64,000 nt of DNA from Lama glama (lineage: Eukaryota), in NCBI GenBank assembly GCA_028534125.1, contig CM052818.1, forward strand, positions 32,738,001 through 32,802,000, given 5' to 3'. Under the pieces are notes generated by a model, which had not been told where the DNA came from, made no database searches, and saw only the letters and a list, made by a program, of their open reading frames with translations. A program made the position numbers and the translations under genes. This document shows positions 39,714 to 54,206 of this stretch, piece after piece (position 1 is the first letter of the stretch; every line of letters starts with the position of its first letter).

Positions 39714-39719
39714 TTTAAT
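39714..39719 (-). terminator. PPP1CB: Distal PPP1CB poly(A) signal (ATTAAA)
   Basis: tttaat on +; followed on - by a U/GU-rich element tttttttcattgttgtttac. Confidence 0.6.
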
Positions 39720-40784
39720 AAGTCAACCAATGTGGCTGAAGGAATTAAGTTTTGACTTTTAAACTTTTCTAATCAGAGGATTTAGAAATTCTGGCATTCA
39801 AATGTACAGGTAAAACTGAATGGGAGATCAAAATTTCTACACTGTCTAAATTTCACTTTTTACTAAAACATTATAAAGAGAATAAAGATAATAAAACTTT
39901 AGATGTATACTTATATGGAATCAATTTATGTCTTATTTGATCATTTTGCAAGGTGTGCTGTCACTTTAAGCTCCTTTCAATTAACTTTTAGCTGTTTAAG
40001 GGATTATAAAACCCTAAAATCTACTAGCAAAAAAGGACATAGTATTTCTACGTGAAGCCACTAGTATAGTCAGGCTATTGTCTTCTCAAGTGTAGTTTTT
40101 CTTCAGGGTCGGATTTATAAGGAAGAGAGGTGGATTAGGTCAGGGTAGCAAGAGTAGAGTAAGCTTGTTTTCCTTCTTTTAGTGTAAAGATGTGAAAGAA
40201 AAAAATTTGTTCTCTTGGTTCAAAAGTTACAGTTGCCAAGGAGACACAGGAATATACCTGAACTTATAAATGGAGATGTATTAATATAATCCACTTTTAT
40301 ATACTCTTAAGGGACACATCTCAAGATGCTTCTGGTATTCCCTCAAATGAATTTTTTTTTGAAAGGCCTATATATCCTCTGAACACCCTCACACTTCCAA
40401 TTAGCCACCTTTTAAATGTTAAAATTCTTGCAGGCATTTTGACTTAACATGTTGAACAAACCAGTCTTCCTGATCATGATTAAAACAGGTCCCTGAGCAA
40501 AATTAAAATAATGAATGTTAAAGCTTCAAATGCAATTTATAGTTAATTCTTTCCAATCAAGAACAGAAATTGACCATAATAATTCATATGATCCATCACA
40601 TTATCACAGTTATCTAATGTGTTTAATGATTTTGAATGTCATGACATTTAAGAATAAAGATAAATTTGAATATAGAAAATCATTAAAAATCAGAGAGGGA
40701 AATGATAAAAACTGGTGACAGAGGAGAACAATAGAAATTAGTGACACTAGAATTCCAGGATATTTTTCTCCTAAGAAATGAAGT

Positions 40785-40794
40785 TTTATTTATT
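40785..40794 (-). terminator. PPP1CB: Proximal PPP1CB poly(A) signal (overlapping AATAAATAAA)
   Basis: tttatttatt on + strand. Confidence 0.6.
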
Positions 40795-43063
40795 TCAAGT
40801 AGCAGTGTTACCAAGCAAATAATATTTTTAATGAACACATTATATGAATAGAAGCTGTTAAAGTGGTTTTAAGGCTCTTTGAATAATTTTAAAACATGAT
40901 GTTTCCACTCTTCAAATTCAGTGACCAATATTAATTTGCTTAACTAGTGACTATTTTTTTCATATTCAGTACTGACCTGGCTAAATTATTACAAAAACCC
41001 AGTACGTAGGATCCAAATTAATGTGCTGACCAATACTAAAATTAATAAAAGACTGCTGTCTCCTGCCAAAGGCTTATTTTCAAGACTCCCTTCACTCTAT
41101 GACTACAAAGACTACATGTAAAACTCTTAAAAATTGCTCAACTTACACTTCAGTTAGGAAGATACTTAAATCACATTAGATAAAAGCCTGTGTGACCTAA
41201 CCTAATACAGCATATGCAGAACATGGACAATTTCAGTAAGGAACTAATTCAATATACGTCAAAGACATTAAAATCTATTTGAATAAAATGTGTGTTTAAA
41301 TGTCTCACTGTAAAGAAAAAAAAGGAATAAAATAACCAGTCAGGCTTCATATCAATTAGACAACTTTTACTAAATGAGAAAACTACATTTAAAATGTGTT
41401 TTAAAACAAAATGGAATTAGAAAATAAAAAGACATATGCATTTGAAATAACTTTGCACTGTGCTGAAAATCAAATCTCTTGCAGTAATACAATATGCCAA
41501 TTCTTAAAATGTAAGTTAACAGAATTCTCAATTTAACATTTTCAAAGACAATATTAAGGTCAAGAATTTCACGTCTACGGTAGCACGTATAGAAGGGCTT
41601 TATAAGTATGATGTCCATCCCCATGAAGCTTACAAATTTGACAATGTTCAATAAAAGCTTTTAGAATCACATACAAAAGTGTTGCATCCAGAGAATCACA
41701 ACAAATCTGTGTCCTGTTAAGTTCTTCTTCTAAAATCTGACTTTTCTATTCCTGTCATTTGTTAATACTAACTCTTTGGGGGGGGGGTAAAAAAAAAGAA
41801 CAGGGAAAGAAATGCTGCAATAAACCCTTGATCATGTACAGAAATTATTGCTACTATAGTTCACTACAAAGCATGTCTATACAATATCATGTGAACTTTG
41901 ATCATGAAAAATCAGAATAAAAATCTTTAGTGACATAAGCCTTACAATCGTATACAACATTCACATGGCAATATTAGACAGTTAAGCACCCAATTCCCAT
42001 AGTTGACAAATGTCCCACTGACCAGCATTCATTTAAATACATCCTTCATACAGAGAGGAAAAAGGAGATAGCGTCAGCTTCCCAAGGCTTGTCAAAAAAG
42101 GATTCTCATGTTCTGTGGATCTAAAAACAAACAACAACAACAACAACCAAAAAAAACCCCAAAAAAACAAAACCGATGCAGGTGAGGGTGTTACCAGAAA
42201 GTTAAGCATGCCAAAAAGGTGTTTCGTGCGAATTAAAACCTAAAGCCAAGGTACCACATAATCACATTACCAACTAGTTGGGTATACTAAATGAGCCTTA
42301 TCTTAAAGTTAAATGAAATGCTACTGCACGATAGAGCATCAATAAGTTAAAATTAGAGTGCACAAATCCAAATCAGTGGCAATTTCTGTATAAAGCAAAA
42401 TACTATTATCAGCTGTAACGTTTGCCCAAACTGATTAAATCACTCTCCCGGACAGTTTGCTTATTTTTAAAAAATATCTCTAAAATTCCTTTTTACTGTA
42501 ATGAGGCATAAGTTTTCCTAGTAAGATCAAACAGGTACATAAGTAAATAAGCAAGGGAAAATAACAGTTGATGAATGTCTTTAAATCTCATCCCACATTT
42601 CACTTTTAAAAATGGGAAAAAAACTTAAAGAATTTGCCATTATTCTAGCAAAAACAAATAAAACAAAACAAAACAAGCCCAAAATAATTAAACAACCAAG
42701 CAACACTAAAACCACATTACACAGATGGATCATCATGCTTTCATCTGGTTTAACTATCACATCTAGTTTAACTGGGATGCTTTTCAACTTTAAAAACTGT
42801 GATACGTGAAGATGTAACTTTAATGGGTAATTCTGAATTTGGATTTAACTTTGTTGAATATTATAACAGAGTATACTTATTACAATACAGTGTAGCACAT
42901 CTTTCTATTAGAAAAAAATTTAAGATCCTTTACCCGTCTCCTTAAGTTAAAGGTGTGACATCATAAAGGGTGTCAAATGGCTGGATGGTTTTACAGTGCA
43001 CACTTATATATTATGAAGTATGTCCTTAACAAATCTGATGGTTTCTTTACAGAGCTCCTTTCT

Positions 43064-43168
43064 TCACCTTTTCTTCGGTGGATTAGCTGTTCGAGGTGGA
43101 GTCACAGGACGTCCTGAATTCAGTCCACCATATTGGTACTTAGCTTTCTTTTCAGATGGTTTCAATAT
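43064..43168 (-). CDS. PPP1CB: PPP1CB last coding exon (PP1-beta catalytic subunit C-terminus)
   Basis: ttaag|ATA TTG AAA ... AAA AGG TGA; 105 bp; [34 protein letters not shown], the beta-isoform-specific tail. Confidence 0.98.
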   Translation of the reverse strand: MLKPSEKKAKYQYGGLNSGRPVTPPRTANPPKKR

Positions 43169-43340
43169 CTTAAAGTAAACAATTTATTAACAATGTTAAT
43201 TTTTTCAAATATAGTAAGTTTAAGAAAGTTATTTTTACAATAGTGGGCTTTTCAATAAATGACATCAATTATAAAAATGTAGGAAAAAGCGGCAAAGTTC
43301 CACACACATTTCTCACGTTTGAAGAGTGCAAATGTCTGAG

Positions 43341-43430
43341 GGGAGCGTACAGCGAGTGGTGAGCGTGTGCTCAGCCTGCATGAGGCCCTTAGTTCAGTCC
43401 CTCTCCCGTCTCCCCAAACCAAACAAAAGC
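43341..43430 (+). mobile_element. Short, divergent tRNA-derived SINE or tRNA retrocopy in the last PPP1CB intron
   Basis: tRNA-like head, A-rich tail, 19-bp TSD aagagt(g/a)caaatgtctgag at 43322-43340 and 43431-43449. Confidence 0.75.
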
Positions 43431-43699
43431 AAGAGTACAAATGTCTGAGTATCTCAATACCACTATTCTTTGTCATTTCATAGATAATTTAGTACCAAAA
43501 ACTCAAGTACACAAATCCTATCAACTACCCAATCCTTAGATCTAAGTACATTTTTTTCAAATTAGTGTATTTCTGTGATGAGGAAAGAACACTAATTTAA
43601 AAGTCAAAAGACCCAGGTTTTCATCATAATTCTACTATTTATTTAAAGGGTAATTAGTTACAATCTCTTCAGATCTTAATTATCTGTACACAGATCTTT

Positions 43700-44460
43700 T
43701 AATTAAAAAAAAGCTTTATATATATTACATGTAAAGTTCACCCATTTAAAATCTAACAAGTTAAAAAACTTTAATATGTTTACAAGCTATATTTTTACAT
43801 ATATAATATATATAAAATAAAAAGTAAAGTATAATTACTGCTACAATCTAACTTTAGTAAGCCCTGAAAGAAACCCTGTTACCATCAGCACTCACTCCCC
43901 ATTTCTACTCTCCACTCCCCTAATCCCTTCAACTCCAAGCAATCACTATTCTATTTTCTTTCTCTATTTGATTTGTTTTTTCTGGCTATTTTAAATAAAT
44001 GAAACCATACAGTATGTGCTCTTTTGTGACTAGCTTCTTTCACTGAGATACTGATTTTGATGTTGGAGCATGTATTAGGATTTTATTACTTTTAAATGCC
44101 AAACAATATGCCATTTTATGGATATTCCGCATTTTGCTTACTCACTCTTTAGTTGATGGATGTTTGGGTTGTTTCTACCCTTTGGCTATTACAAACAATG
44201 CTCCTGTGAATATGCATATATGGGTACTTAAGTATGTGCTTTCAATTCTTTTGGGTATATATCTAGGAGTGGAATTGCTGAATCATATAAAAACTCTTAT
44301 GTTTAACTTTTGGGGGCACTGCCAAACTCTTCCTAAGTGGTGGCACCATTTTCCACTCCTACCATCATTGTGTAAGGTTCCAACTTCTCCACATCCTCAC
44401 CAGTACCTGCTACTGTCTGATGTTTAAAAATTGTATTTATTCTGATGGGTGTAAACAGAG
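43700..44460 (-). mobile_element. L1M-type 3' fragment
   Basis: aagctttatatatattacatgtaaagttcacccattt; ttttgggtatatatctaggagtggaattgctg. Confidence 0.8.
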
Positions 44461-45317
44461 CTTTAACCTACATTTTAGATAGAGAATTTCAGTATCTACA
44501 GAGAAAATGTGTAGAAAAGACTTATGAAGCATTTCTTGTAACTATTCAAAGCATCATAGTGCCTCAGTGGGAAAAAAATATTACAACTACATTATGGAAA
44601 CTGTTGAAGGATAAGGCCTGGTTACTACCTTTAAATTGTAAATGAGAAATAAAATATTTAGCATTCAATTACATTAGTTGATAGAAACAGAACCTCCTTC
44701 TACATTTAAAAGAGAAATATAGTGTGCCATATTAAGGACATAAAACAACCTCTGCAAAAGCAAATTACTAAAGGTATTTTAATCCATGAACAAGAATGAT
44801 TTCAAGTAACACACTAAAGCTAAACCTAATTTCTTTAAAATCTAAGTGTTTCTCTATATTCAGAAATGGGTACTTCAAGATTATTTGGAAAGTTTTTCTT
44901 AGGTAAATATTCTACATCATTTTCATTGGAGTTCATAATTATAATTCTTTCAACTCAATGTCTGTCCTACCCATTAATCTTGCAAAAGAAACAAAATCTA
45001 AACTATTCATTGAATTTACATTCTTTTTAGTAGGTAAGCCACTCTCCAAGGAGTCACACAGGAATTTAACAATTTAAACATCTGCATCAAGAATGACTGA
45101 CATGACTTAGGTCCCTAAAACTCTTAATATCTGATATATACCAAAAGGGCTGGAACCTTTGTGAATGGAAATAGAAATTTCTAGAGTCTATCAGTGATAA
45201 TCACTTCTGAATAAAACTGATTTTCTGTACTTGCTCAAGAACACAAATTAGAAAGAAAATTCTTCTGACAATAGTTTTAATTAGATTTCTAGCTGCTAGA
45301 AATTTCTATTTATATCA

Positions 45318-45470
<153 letters not shown>

Positions 45471-47932
45471 TCAAAAGAAAAAAACACACTTATATACATG
45501 AAATTTTCAACCATCAATACTAAGATTAATGTGACAAAAGCCTGAAAAAAACCCAAAACCCTGTTTTGTTTTGGAAACCTGATTTTTATTTTTAAACTTG
45601 CCTTAGAATATTAAAATTGGTTTGCTTTTTCTATAAGCAAGAATTTAGCTTAAATGAAATAATAAATTTATGATAACTAAAAAGTTTAAAAACCATACCA
45701 TTTCCAAGGCCCTCCATATGCTAACAGATATAGTATCCAAAGAGGGCTGAGACACTAAGTACTTCTTAGATGATGGCATTATTACCCAACTACAGAATCC
45801 TTATTTCAATGAATAATATGAAAGACAGATTATGCCAAGAACACTTATCTTCCTTCACTTTCTCATTTCCTATTAGTATTATGTAGCCACACACTGAAAA
45901 CTTATACTAAGTTGAGTTTAATTTACACAGATCATGCCACTAAAAATTAACTGCCTATAGATTATATTTTTATATGTACAATTCTTTTCCTTAATAATTT
46001 AACATGATTTCTAGAATCTGCTGTCAATTCTTGATTGATTTAAACAATTATGTTTCTCAGCTTCATAAATCTGAGAGGTAGGCAATGACATGTAATCATA
46101 CTTATTTCAGTAAGCAAGAATACCTTTTGAAGTCTTTAAGGTTTTTGACTAAGCAAAATTATCCTGCAATACTTGGAGAAACCACTGCCACAATCATTTA
46201 CATTTTAAAATAATTCCTACCTTAGTTATCAGGTACATGTTCCTGTTGTAATTATCTCATCTAAATCTATTATCTAAAATTTAGATATTAACCTTTTCTG
46301 TTAAGACCTTGGCCACCTTATCTACTTCAGCTCAGCATACTGTTTGGCACTCAGTATTGTCCTTTTAGTTCTATTTTGCTCATTCATTTGTTCATTTATT
46401 CACATACTCACTAAAATAAGAGGGTTTTAAAAAAGGAAATATTTGTAATTTGTGTTTTTCCCATCGTAAGTCTCCTACTTTCGGAGATAATATGTTTGAA
46501 AATAAGCAGTACAGGATTTTGGAGGTTTCTGGAAAAAGACTATGCAAACTAAGGTAGCTGAGTAACATGACTTTTAGAAATCATCACCTGTTTTTGAAAA
46601 TACAAGTGAATGGAGATCTACAGCTGGAAAAAAAAAGATTACTAGTGGGTACTTTATTAGGAAACTTAGAAACTCTGCCCTGTTATCTTGTGGAAGACTT
46701 ACCTTAATTATCTAAGTTATATAACACAATATTCACTGATTAAAAGACAACTGTGCCAAAAGCAGAGGATTTGGGGACGTGACTTCATTTCAACTGAACT
46801 AGTTAATTCTAACAGGAAAAAGGCATGTGATATACAACATAAGCAGAAAATGAGAAGCCTGTCATCTCTGTTATCACATAGGATAAAAAAGGGAAACACT
46901 GTAGTGGAGCACATAATTAACTTAATAAATTTTGCTTTAACAAAGAAACAGGGAAACTTTAAAAATTATATTTACAAATTTCAAATACTTTTGTTACTTC
47001 CAAAGTAGCTAACAAAGATTTTTTAAAAATGCTTTTCAATGTATTTCATACCAGTCATGTTTTAGAGAATATAAGGACTTGATATATAAAATTGTTAAAA
47101 TAAGCTTTTGTTCATTTTTTATTCAACAAACACTCACTGCATGCTACAGTATGTCTATAAGTTCATAAAGAAATGGATATTCAAAGGTCAAGAAATCAAA
47201 ATCCCCTCCTTAAAGAGTACACAATCTATTGGTGAAGGAGGCCATAAAAAAATCAAATAAACCTAAACTACACACATATATTTTTAAATGAAAATTCAAA
47301 ATACACATAGGTAGACAGAGTTCAATAAACTCTCATTTACTCACACTTTGCTCAGTAATTACCAAGATTTTGCTACATTTCATTTACCCAACCCTTGTCT
47401 CTGTTGATGTATTTTAAAACAAATCCTAGACACGCTATCTTACCTCTACATACTTGAGTATGCATTTCTGAAAAATACTGACATCCTTCTTACACAGTAA
47501 TGTACCATCAAAGCTAAATTAACAACTCCTTGACATCTAATACCTGGTCTGTAATCAAATTTCCCCAATTATCTCAAAAACGTCTTTTTCACAGTATAGT
47601 TTGTTTTTATCAAAATCCACGATTCATTTGATTGTTATTATCTATAACATGGAAATATACTAAAATAGGACTAAAGATTTCTAGAAAGCTTCAGACAAGC
47701 ACTGAAAAATCTGTTAGTATTGCAGTACACTACAAAAATATATTCCTCTGAAACCTTTCCTCTTAAGAGGGTGAGAAATGGTTAACAGATTATTAGCCTG
47801 TTAACTGAGATCAAAGTATAGGCTTTACCTCTTACACTGCTTTCTTTGCATAATTAGCTCTCTTGGCTCTCAGTTCCCTCAAAAATAAAAGTAGTTAACA
47901 AATACTAAAACATCCAAAAGTTTTATATTTCA

Positions 47933-48184
<252 letters not shown>

Positions 48185-50762
48185 TCATTTGGCCCCTAGT
48201 ATTAGCCTGTTGAACTTACTCACTTTTTGTTAAAGTAACCATGCATATACAATGTTGCTTGGCTTCCAAAGGTAGCATCCCTTTCCAAATATTATAGGAA
48301 ACATGTGTATGGCACTCCCTAAGCATATAGCATGTGGAAAAGGCTGTTCATCTTTTTGTCTATAGTTTCTCTATATGAATAACCAATCGACCCAGGAGCA
48401 TTTCCTCAACAGTTTATCCTTTCCTTACCGAGCTACCTATACTGTTTTTGCTGCCATAGTCTATCCCATTAATCCACTTTATTTATCACTGAGCCAATAA
48501 CATACTAGAGCTTTTAAATAAATCTTCATATTTGGGAGGCCTATCCCACTTATTTTTCCTCAGGACTGTCTCAGTTAATGATACTTTAATTTTTTGTTTT
48601 TCCACATATAAACTTCTACATCAGTTTGGCTAATTCTGGGAAACCAGTTGAGATTTCACTGACTACATTTGATTATAGATCAGTTTGAGGGAAGAAAACA
48701 TTTTCTACAAAGGCCTGGAGGGTTTAAAAAGTATGGAGGAAGAAAACCAGGTAAGAACCCTGACTTTAGTAATGTTTCAGGCTTAAAAAAAGAGGTCAGA
48801 GCCAAAAATATTTATCTAAGTATCTTCATCATACTAATACTAGTATAAATCTTAGAGAAGGGACTGAGACTACCTTGGAAATATGAAGTGAAAAGACCAA
48901 TAAACGAACTCTGAGGAATCTAACACTTAATCAGCAGGCAGGGGAGAAGAAGTGAGCAAAAAATACTGAGCAGTGGTCAAAACAAAAGGAAGAGATCAGA
49001 ATAGTAGGGATCTCCTGAAAGGGTAAGAATTACCTAGAAGTAGAAGATGGTTAAGTTTCAAGTACAATGATCAGGTGGATTAGGACAAAAACCAAAACAT
49101 GTGCCACTTACAACTAGATCACCAGACCTTAATGAAAGCAATTTCTTGATGGTTGAGGGGAAGAGTGTGTGAAAAAGTCAAATTTTAGTGATTAAGAGGG
49201 AGAGGTTGCTGAGATGGTGATATTAAGTTAGTTTTCTAAGAACCATGATGCTAAGGGAAGACTTTTAGAATGAGTCTGTTTTAAAGACGTTTTTTGATAA
49301 TCCATATACCTCACAATACAGCTTATCAGGAAAGGAGATCTTCACTGAGTCACAGTATAGCTTGTCTTGATAGGGGAAGTATCTAAAACACCTTGTAGAA
49401 CTGGTGGCAATGTACTCTTAATTTCTATCATTATTTCCTAAGCTTCTGTCATGACGTTTTAAGAAATCCACCATCATACAAAATCCATTAGGGTAGTCTC
49501 AATTTACAAGCTCTTTCTGCTTTTTAAAGAATCAGAAGCTGATTCCTGAAACATACACATACACAAACATACACTGCTCTATAATGCTCATACTTTCCAG
49601 TCTGTTTCCACAGAAGCAGTGAGGAGGCCAAAACATTATACTATAATTTTAATGTGACAATAAAACTAGAATGCAATTGCTTTTGGAATTCTCTGGAAAA
49701 TATGACAGCCTGGATGCATATAAAATCAACTAATGGTAGCAACAACAATGTGCCATTCTTCAACCTTAATGGAATCAAGATAAGAACTCAGAGTTAAGGT
49801 TCAGTGTTTTACAATCCAATCCCCAATGACTAAGCATTATAATTATTAGGCTACTATCTCAAAAATAGCAGAAACTTCCCATTAAAGTTATGCTGAAAAG
49901 AGAAATGCCACCCTTGAATGTGATTTATGTCTAAACTATATCATTAACAGAAACTCTGAAGATATGACTTGAAATTTATATTGTACCTATTTTAAATACT
50001 CTATTATTTAAATACCAGTTTCTATTAGGTTAGTCAAATATATTCTATAATTACAATCAAAATCTGGTAAAATACATGTTTTCCTTTTATAATCAATACA
50101 AAAACGCTGTCACCCAAGTAAGTTATGAAACTACTGCAATATACAATATGTCAGTGGCTTACTGATAACAGGATCTCTACAACTGTTCATAGCGGCTGAT
50201 GGTTAGTCATGAATAGCATTGAGTGTTATCATTAGCCTTTCAGTACATTGAGCGAAACAATCCAATTGCACTTAAAAACAAGCAACCAAATGCATGTTAC
50301 TAACAAGCTAATTACAGGTTTAGCCATGGTTTACTCAGGCACTGGTCTGGGAATATTTTTTAATGCTTATATTTCTATACAATCTTTGGATCTTAAGAGT
50401 GGGAAATGAACTTAGTAACTATCCAGCTCAATCCTATCTGATGAATTATCAATTCCCCTTTACAAAATTACCAATAAACAAACTTATCATCAGTAAGCTG
50501 AAAGACCTTTTTATTTTTCATATATATGATGTTCCTAATACACATAATAAGATTTCTAGACCCTATGGCACTCTAGGCAACCGTCATTTAAAGATATTAA
50601 AGTCTGCTGAGAACTGATGAATGCAATCAATATACAGTGGATTTGATTGCACAAATAATGGGACAATTAATATAACAATGTAAGTTTGTTTTTAAAAAAG
50701 TGTGGTAGAAAATGAGTGAAAGGGCAATTTCACTTATGCTACTGCTTTTAATAGTATGACAG

Positions 50763-51484
50763 TGTGATATAATAAAACTATATTTGATCTTTGTTCCCAT
50801 TCCTGGCACAAAGCTTCTAAAACCATCAGAATTTCCTGACAGAAGGGTTTTCTGTTATTCATAAGGGAGCCTCCTTTCCATTCACACTGGAGTTCATGTT
50901 AATGAGGTGACCTGGGTTGGGGAGGGTGTTAGCAGGAGGGCCAGAGAGCTTCCAGTTGGGGCCCAGTCAACCAAAAGACCAAACACAGGATTACAGAGTT
51001 GGGACTTTCAGCCCTCCCACTCTGTACCTACACCTCTGAGGGGTAGGGGGCTGGAAAATAATGTTCTGTAAAAACTCTTTAACTAGATTTGGGAAGCTTC
51101 CAGTTTGGCAAACACATTGAAGCCAAAAGGTGTGGAAGCTGTTCATCTACCAACAAATGGCTCTCCCTATACCTTTGCCTTATCTATCTCTTCCATTTGG
51201 CTGTCCCTGAATTGTATCCTTTATAATATGCTGGTAAATGTAAGTAAAGCATCTGAGGTTGTGGTTGTGGGAATCTCTGAATTTGTAGTTGGCCAGGCAG
51301 AAGTATGGTTCTCCTGGGGACTCCACTTGAGGCTGGCATCTGAAGTCATGTGGAATGAAGCCCTTAACCTGGGGGGTTTTGGCTAACTCCAGGAGATAGT
51401 GCCAGAATTGAACTGAACTGCCGACACCTACTTGGCCCTGGAGAATTGATTGTGGTGTGGAAAAACTACACACACTGGCTGCCA
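50763..51484 (+). mobile_element. ERVL solo LTR (MER21C-like)
   Basis: tgtgatataataaa...ttcctggcacaaagcttctaaaacc...gttcatgttaatgaggtgac; TG...CA ends. Confidence 0.7.
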
Positions 51485-52328
51485 TAAAATACCATACAGA
51501 AAAGTATTGATGTTTCAAGCAAAAGTTGAACTGAGGAAACAGAACAACTTAACTAAGTTCAATTCCTAGGTCTTCAGTATTTTATTTTATGGAATGAACA
51601 CCATGATTAGTACATATACTGGTACTCAAATATGAATAATTATCACTTAAAAGCCAATAGAAAAGTTAGGGTAAGTGGCAATGTGCCTAGCATTTATTTA
51701 TAAAATCACATTAGGCTCATCTGTTAATCCACACATCAGTTTATCCTCAATTGGAGATTATTTGTTTTTGTTTTACTTGATTTACTTATCTGAAAGTTAT
51801 TCTCAATATCTGGATAGTCAATTTTCATATAAAATTTTTACAACATTCACCACATATCACTACAGCCTTCTGTCTCAAAGCCTTAAGAGCTCTAAAATTT
51901 GAAATACAGGTGATGCAGAAAATAGAAAACTACTAGATAATACAAAAGATAACTGTATCCTTGGCTAAGAAAGATTATTTTGGTTAAAAAACATTTGACT
52001 CATTTTTAACAAATGTTTGAAGGACATAACCAATGTTGATATAAACAAGGGAAGAGAAAGATTAGATTAGAAAGATCTGAACCTTTGGTGAAAAATAAGT
52101 TTGACAGAACCATACCATAGTTAGATGTAAAATTTAAAACTTCTGTCCTTTGGGAATTAGTGAAAAGTGAAATATTTTATATTATTGCAAGTAATCTGTA
52201 GTTAGCTTACTATTAAAAAAAGGTCTATTATGTACTACACAATCAATCCTACTTCCGCTAAATATAATTAAGTACAAATATGCCAACATTTTAGATTAAA
52301 AAACTGATTAAACTTCTCTATATACTTA

Positions 52329-52421
<93 letters not shown>

Positions 52422-54101
52422 TCATAGTACTGACATCTAAAAAGTATTCACTCAAATAAAAACCATCTAATCAAAGTAGATTCACTATGTGAAATTAGAG
52501 ATACTTAAAGTGTTCCTTTCAATGTTATCTTTAATATATTGAGTTATAAAATAGAATCCCACTTGATATAACAGAACAGTATGATTAGGTCTTCATTTTT
52601 TCCCTACCAGACAACTAAGACTCCCTTTCATTTCAAAAGATTTTTCAAGGAAAAATAAATCCTACCACTCTTGTTTCTTTCCAACCACTCCCTGCCCTTC
52701 ATAGGAACACACCCAATTCTAATCCTCCCTACTTTTTTTGCCACTCCTTACCACTTAAATTATATTTACTTAAAGTGCTCACCATGCCCATAAGACCTTC
52801 CCTCATCCTACTCCAACATGCTTGTTATCTTATATAAAAGCTAACTGTTGATCAGAAAGATAAACAAGAAAAAGCACATGAAAATACCTTGTAATCTTTA
52901 AAGTAGTACATAAATATAACCTAGTATTTCTTTTTGATGGGCAATCACAAATGAGGCTAAATATTCATATTCCATACTGCTACATTTCTGTTCTTAGCTA
53001 TACTAATGTGCAAAAGCTACAATTTCTCAAATGTTTAGTATCTACTGTAAAATGTTTCCATTAACATAGTTCGTTATGTTCTACCAGAGATCAGGCCTGG
53101 ACAAGTCTATCTACCTTTTAGTGTTTTTCTACCTTAACTCTTTCTGCATATTGATGAAAACAAATTTTCTTACAGTGTTTTCATTAAATTATTTCCCTGA
53201 ACAAAAAAAACTCATATGGTCATTAAACCGTTCAACAAACTCCTTTGCTCAGCATCCAAATCTCTATAATCTGATCCCATCAAGCCCCAACATGTATTTG
53301 ACATTCTAGTTGGGCCAGTCCTCACACATTCCTTGAACTAGACACCATAAAAGAAGACTTTCCAGTTCTCTTCACCTCTCCTATTTATCCTCCAAAAGCC
53401 AAGCCTCCACAAACATTTGCCCAACAATTCTCTCCCTTTGTTGACTTCTCATTATAATTACTATCTCTACAAGTACTTTGACATAAATTCCTTTCATTAC
53501 TCAATGTTTTGAAAATACACATTTTATTAATAGGTTTAAAAATTTCTCAAGATAGCTAGATCATACACTATCTACATATTTTCATGGCTCCTAGCCAAGT
53601 GCTAGACACGTTAGCTTTCCAAATGAACTTTCATATATTCAAGTTTATTTAACAAGTCATAGAGAATAACTTATCATTCTACTGAAAAATTATATTTAGG
53701 GCCAAACTACACATATTACACAAAGCCTAGAACTCTTGGCATGTGACAATATCAAAATATACAAAGGTATTTGATATAAACAGGAAAATAATCATGATCT
53801 CACTTTTACTGATAGTAAAGGTATCTTTCTGTCAAAACAGGCAAAGGAAAGGACATTTTTGCAAACAACACTCTGGTTATCCTCCTATGTGAAATTCTTT
53901 AAAGATTAAGTACTAAATTTGCATTTTCATTATGTATAACCACAAATTCCTAGTTATTAAAAGAGTGTTTGAAGAGTTTTAATCACTTGAGTTTTCACAC
54001 AAGCACTGCTTTGTTTTCCCAGTGTCTCAATTATGATAGGTTTTTTCCTAAATAATGGAAGTAAAAGAAAAAGAATCCGTAAAGCAAATTTACTAGTCTA
54101 C

Positions 54102-54206
54102 CTCCATGACAACAGAAGATCTTCTCATCCACAATGGCAGCTATAGGCAGACAGTTGAAACAATCAGTGAAGGTCTTCCACAATTTAATATTAAACCTTC
54201 GTTTGC
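54102..54206 (-). CDS. PPP1CB: PPP1CB coding exon
   Basis: tatag|GC AAA CGA ... GGA G|gtagac; 105 bp; (C)[34 protein letters not shown]. Confidence 0.98.

Larger units (their letters stand above)
39695..43063 (-). other. PPP1CB: PPP1CB 3' UTR (~3.4 kb)
   Basis: Follows the TGA; no recognisable interspersed repeats; overlapping AATAAA pair at 40785-40794 and ATTAAA at 39714-39719. Confidence 0.75.
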
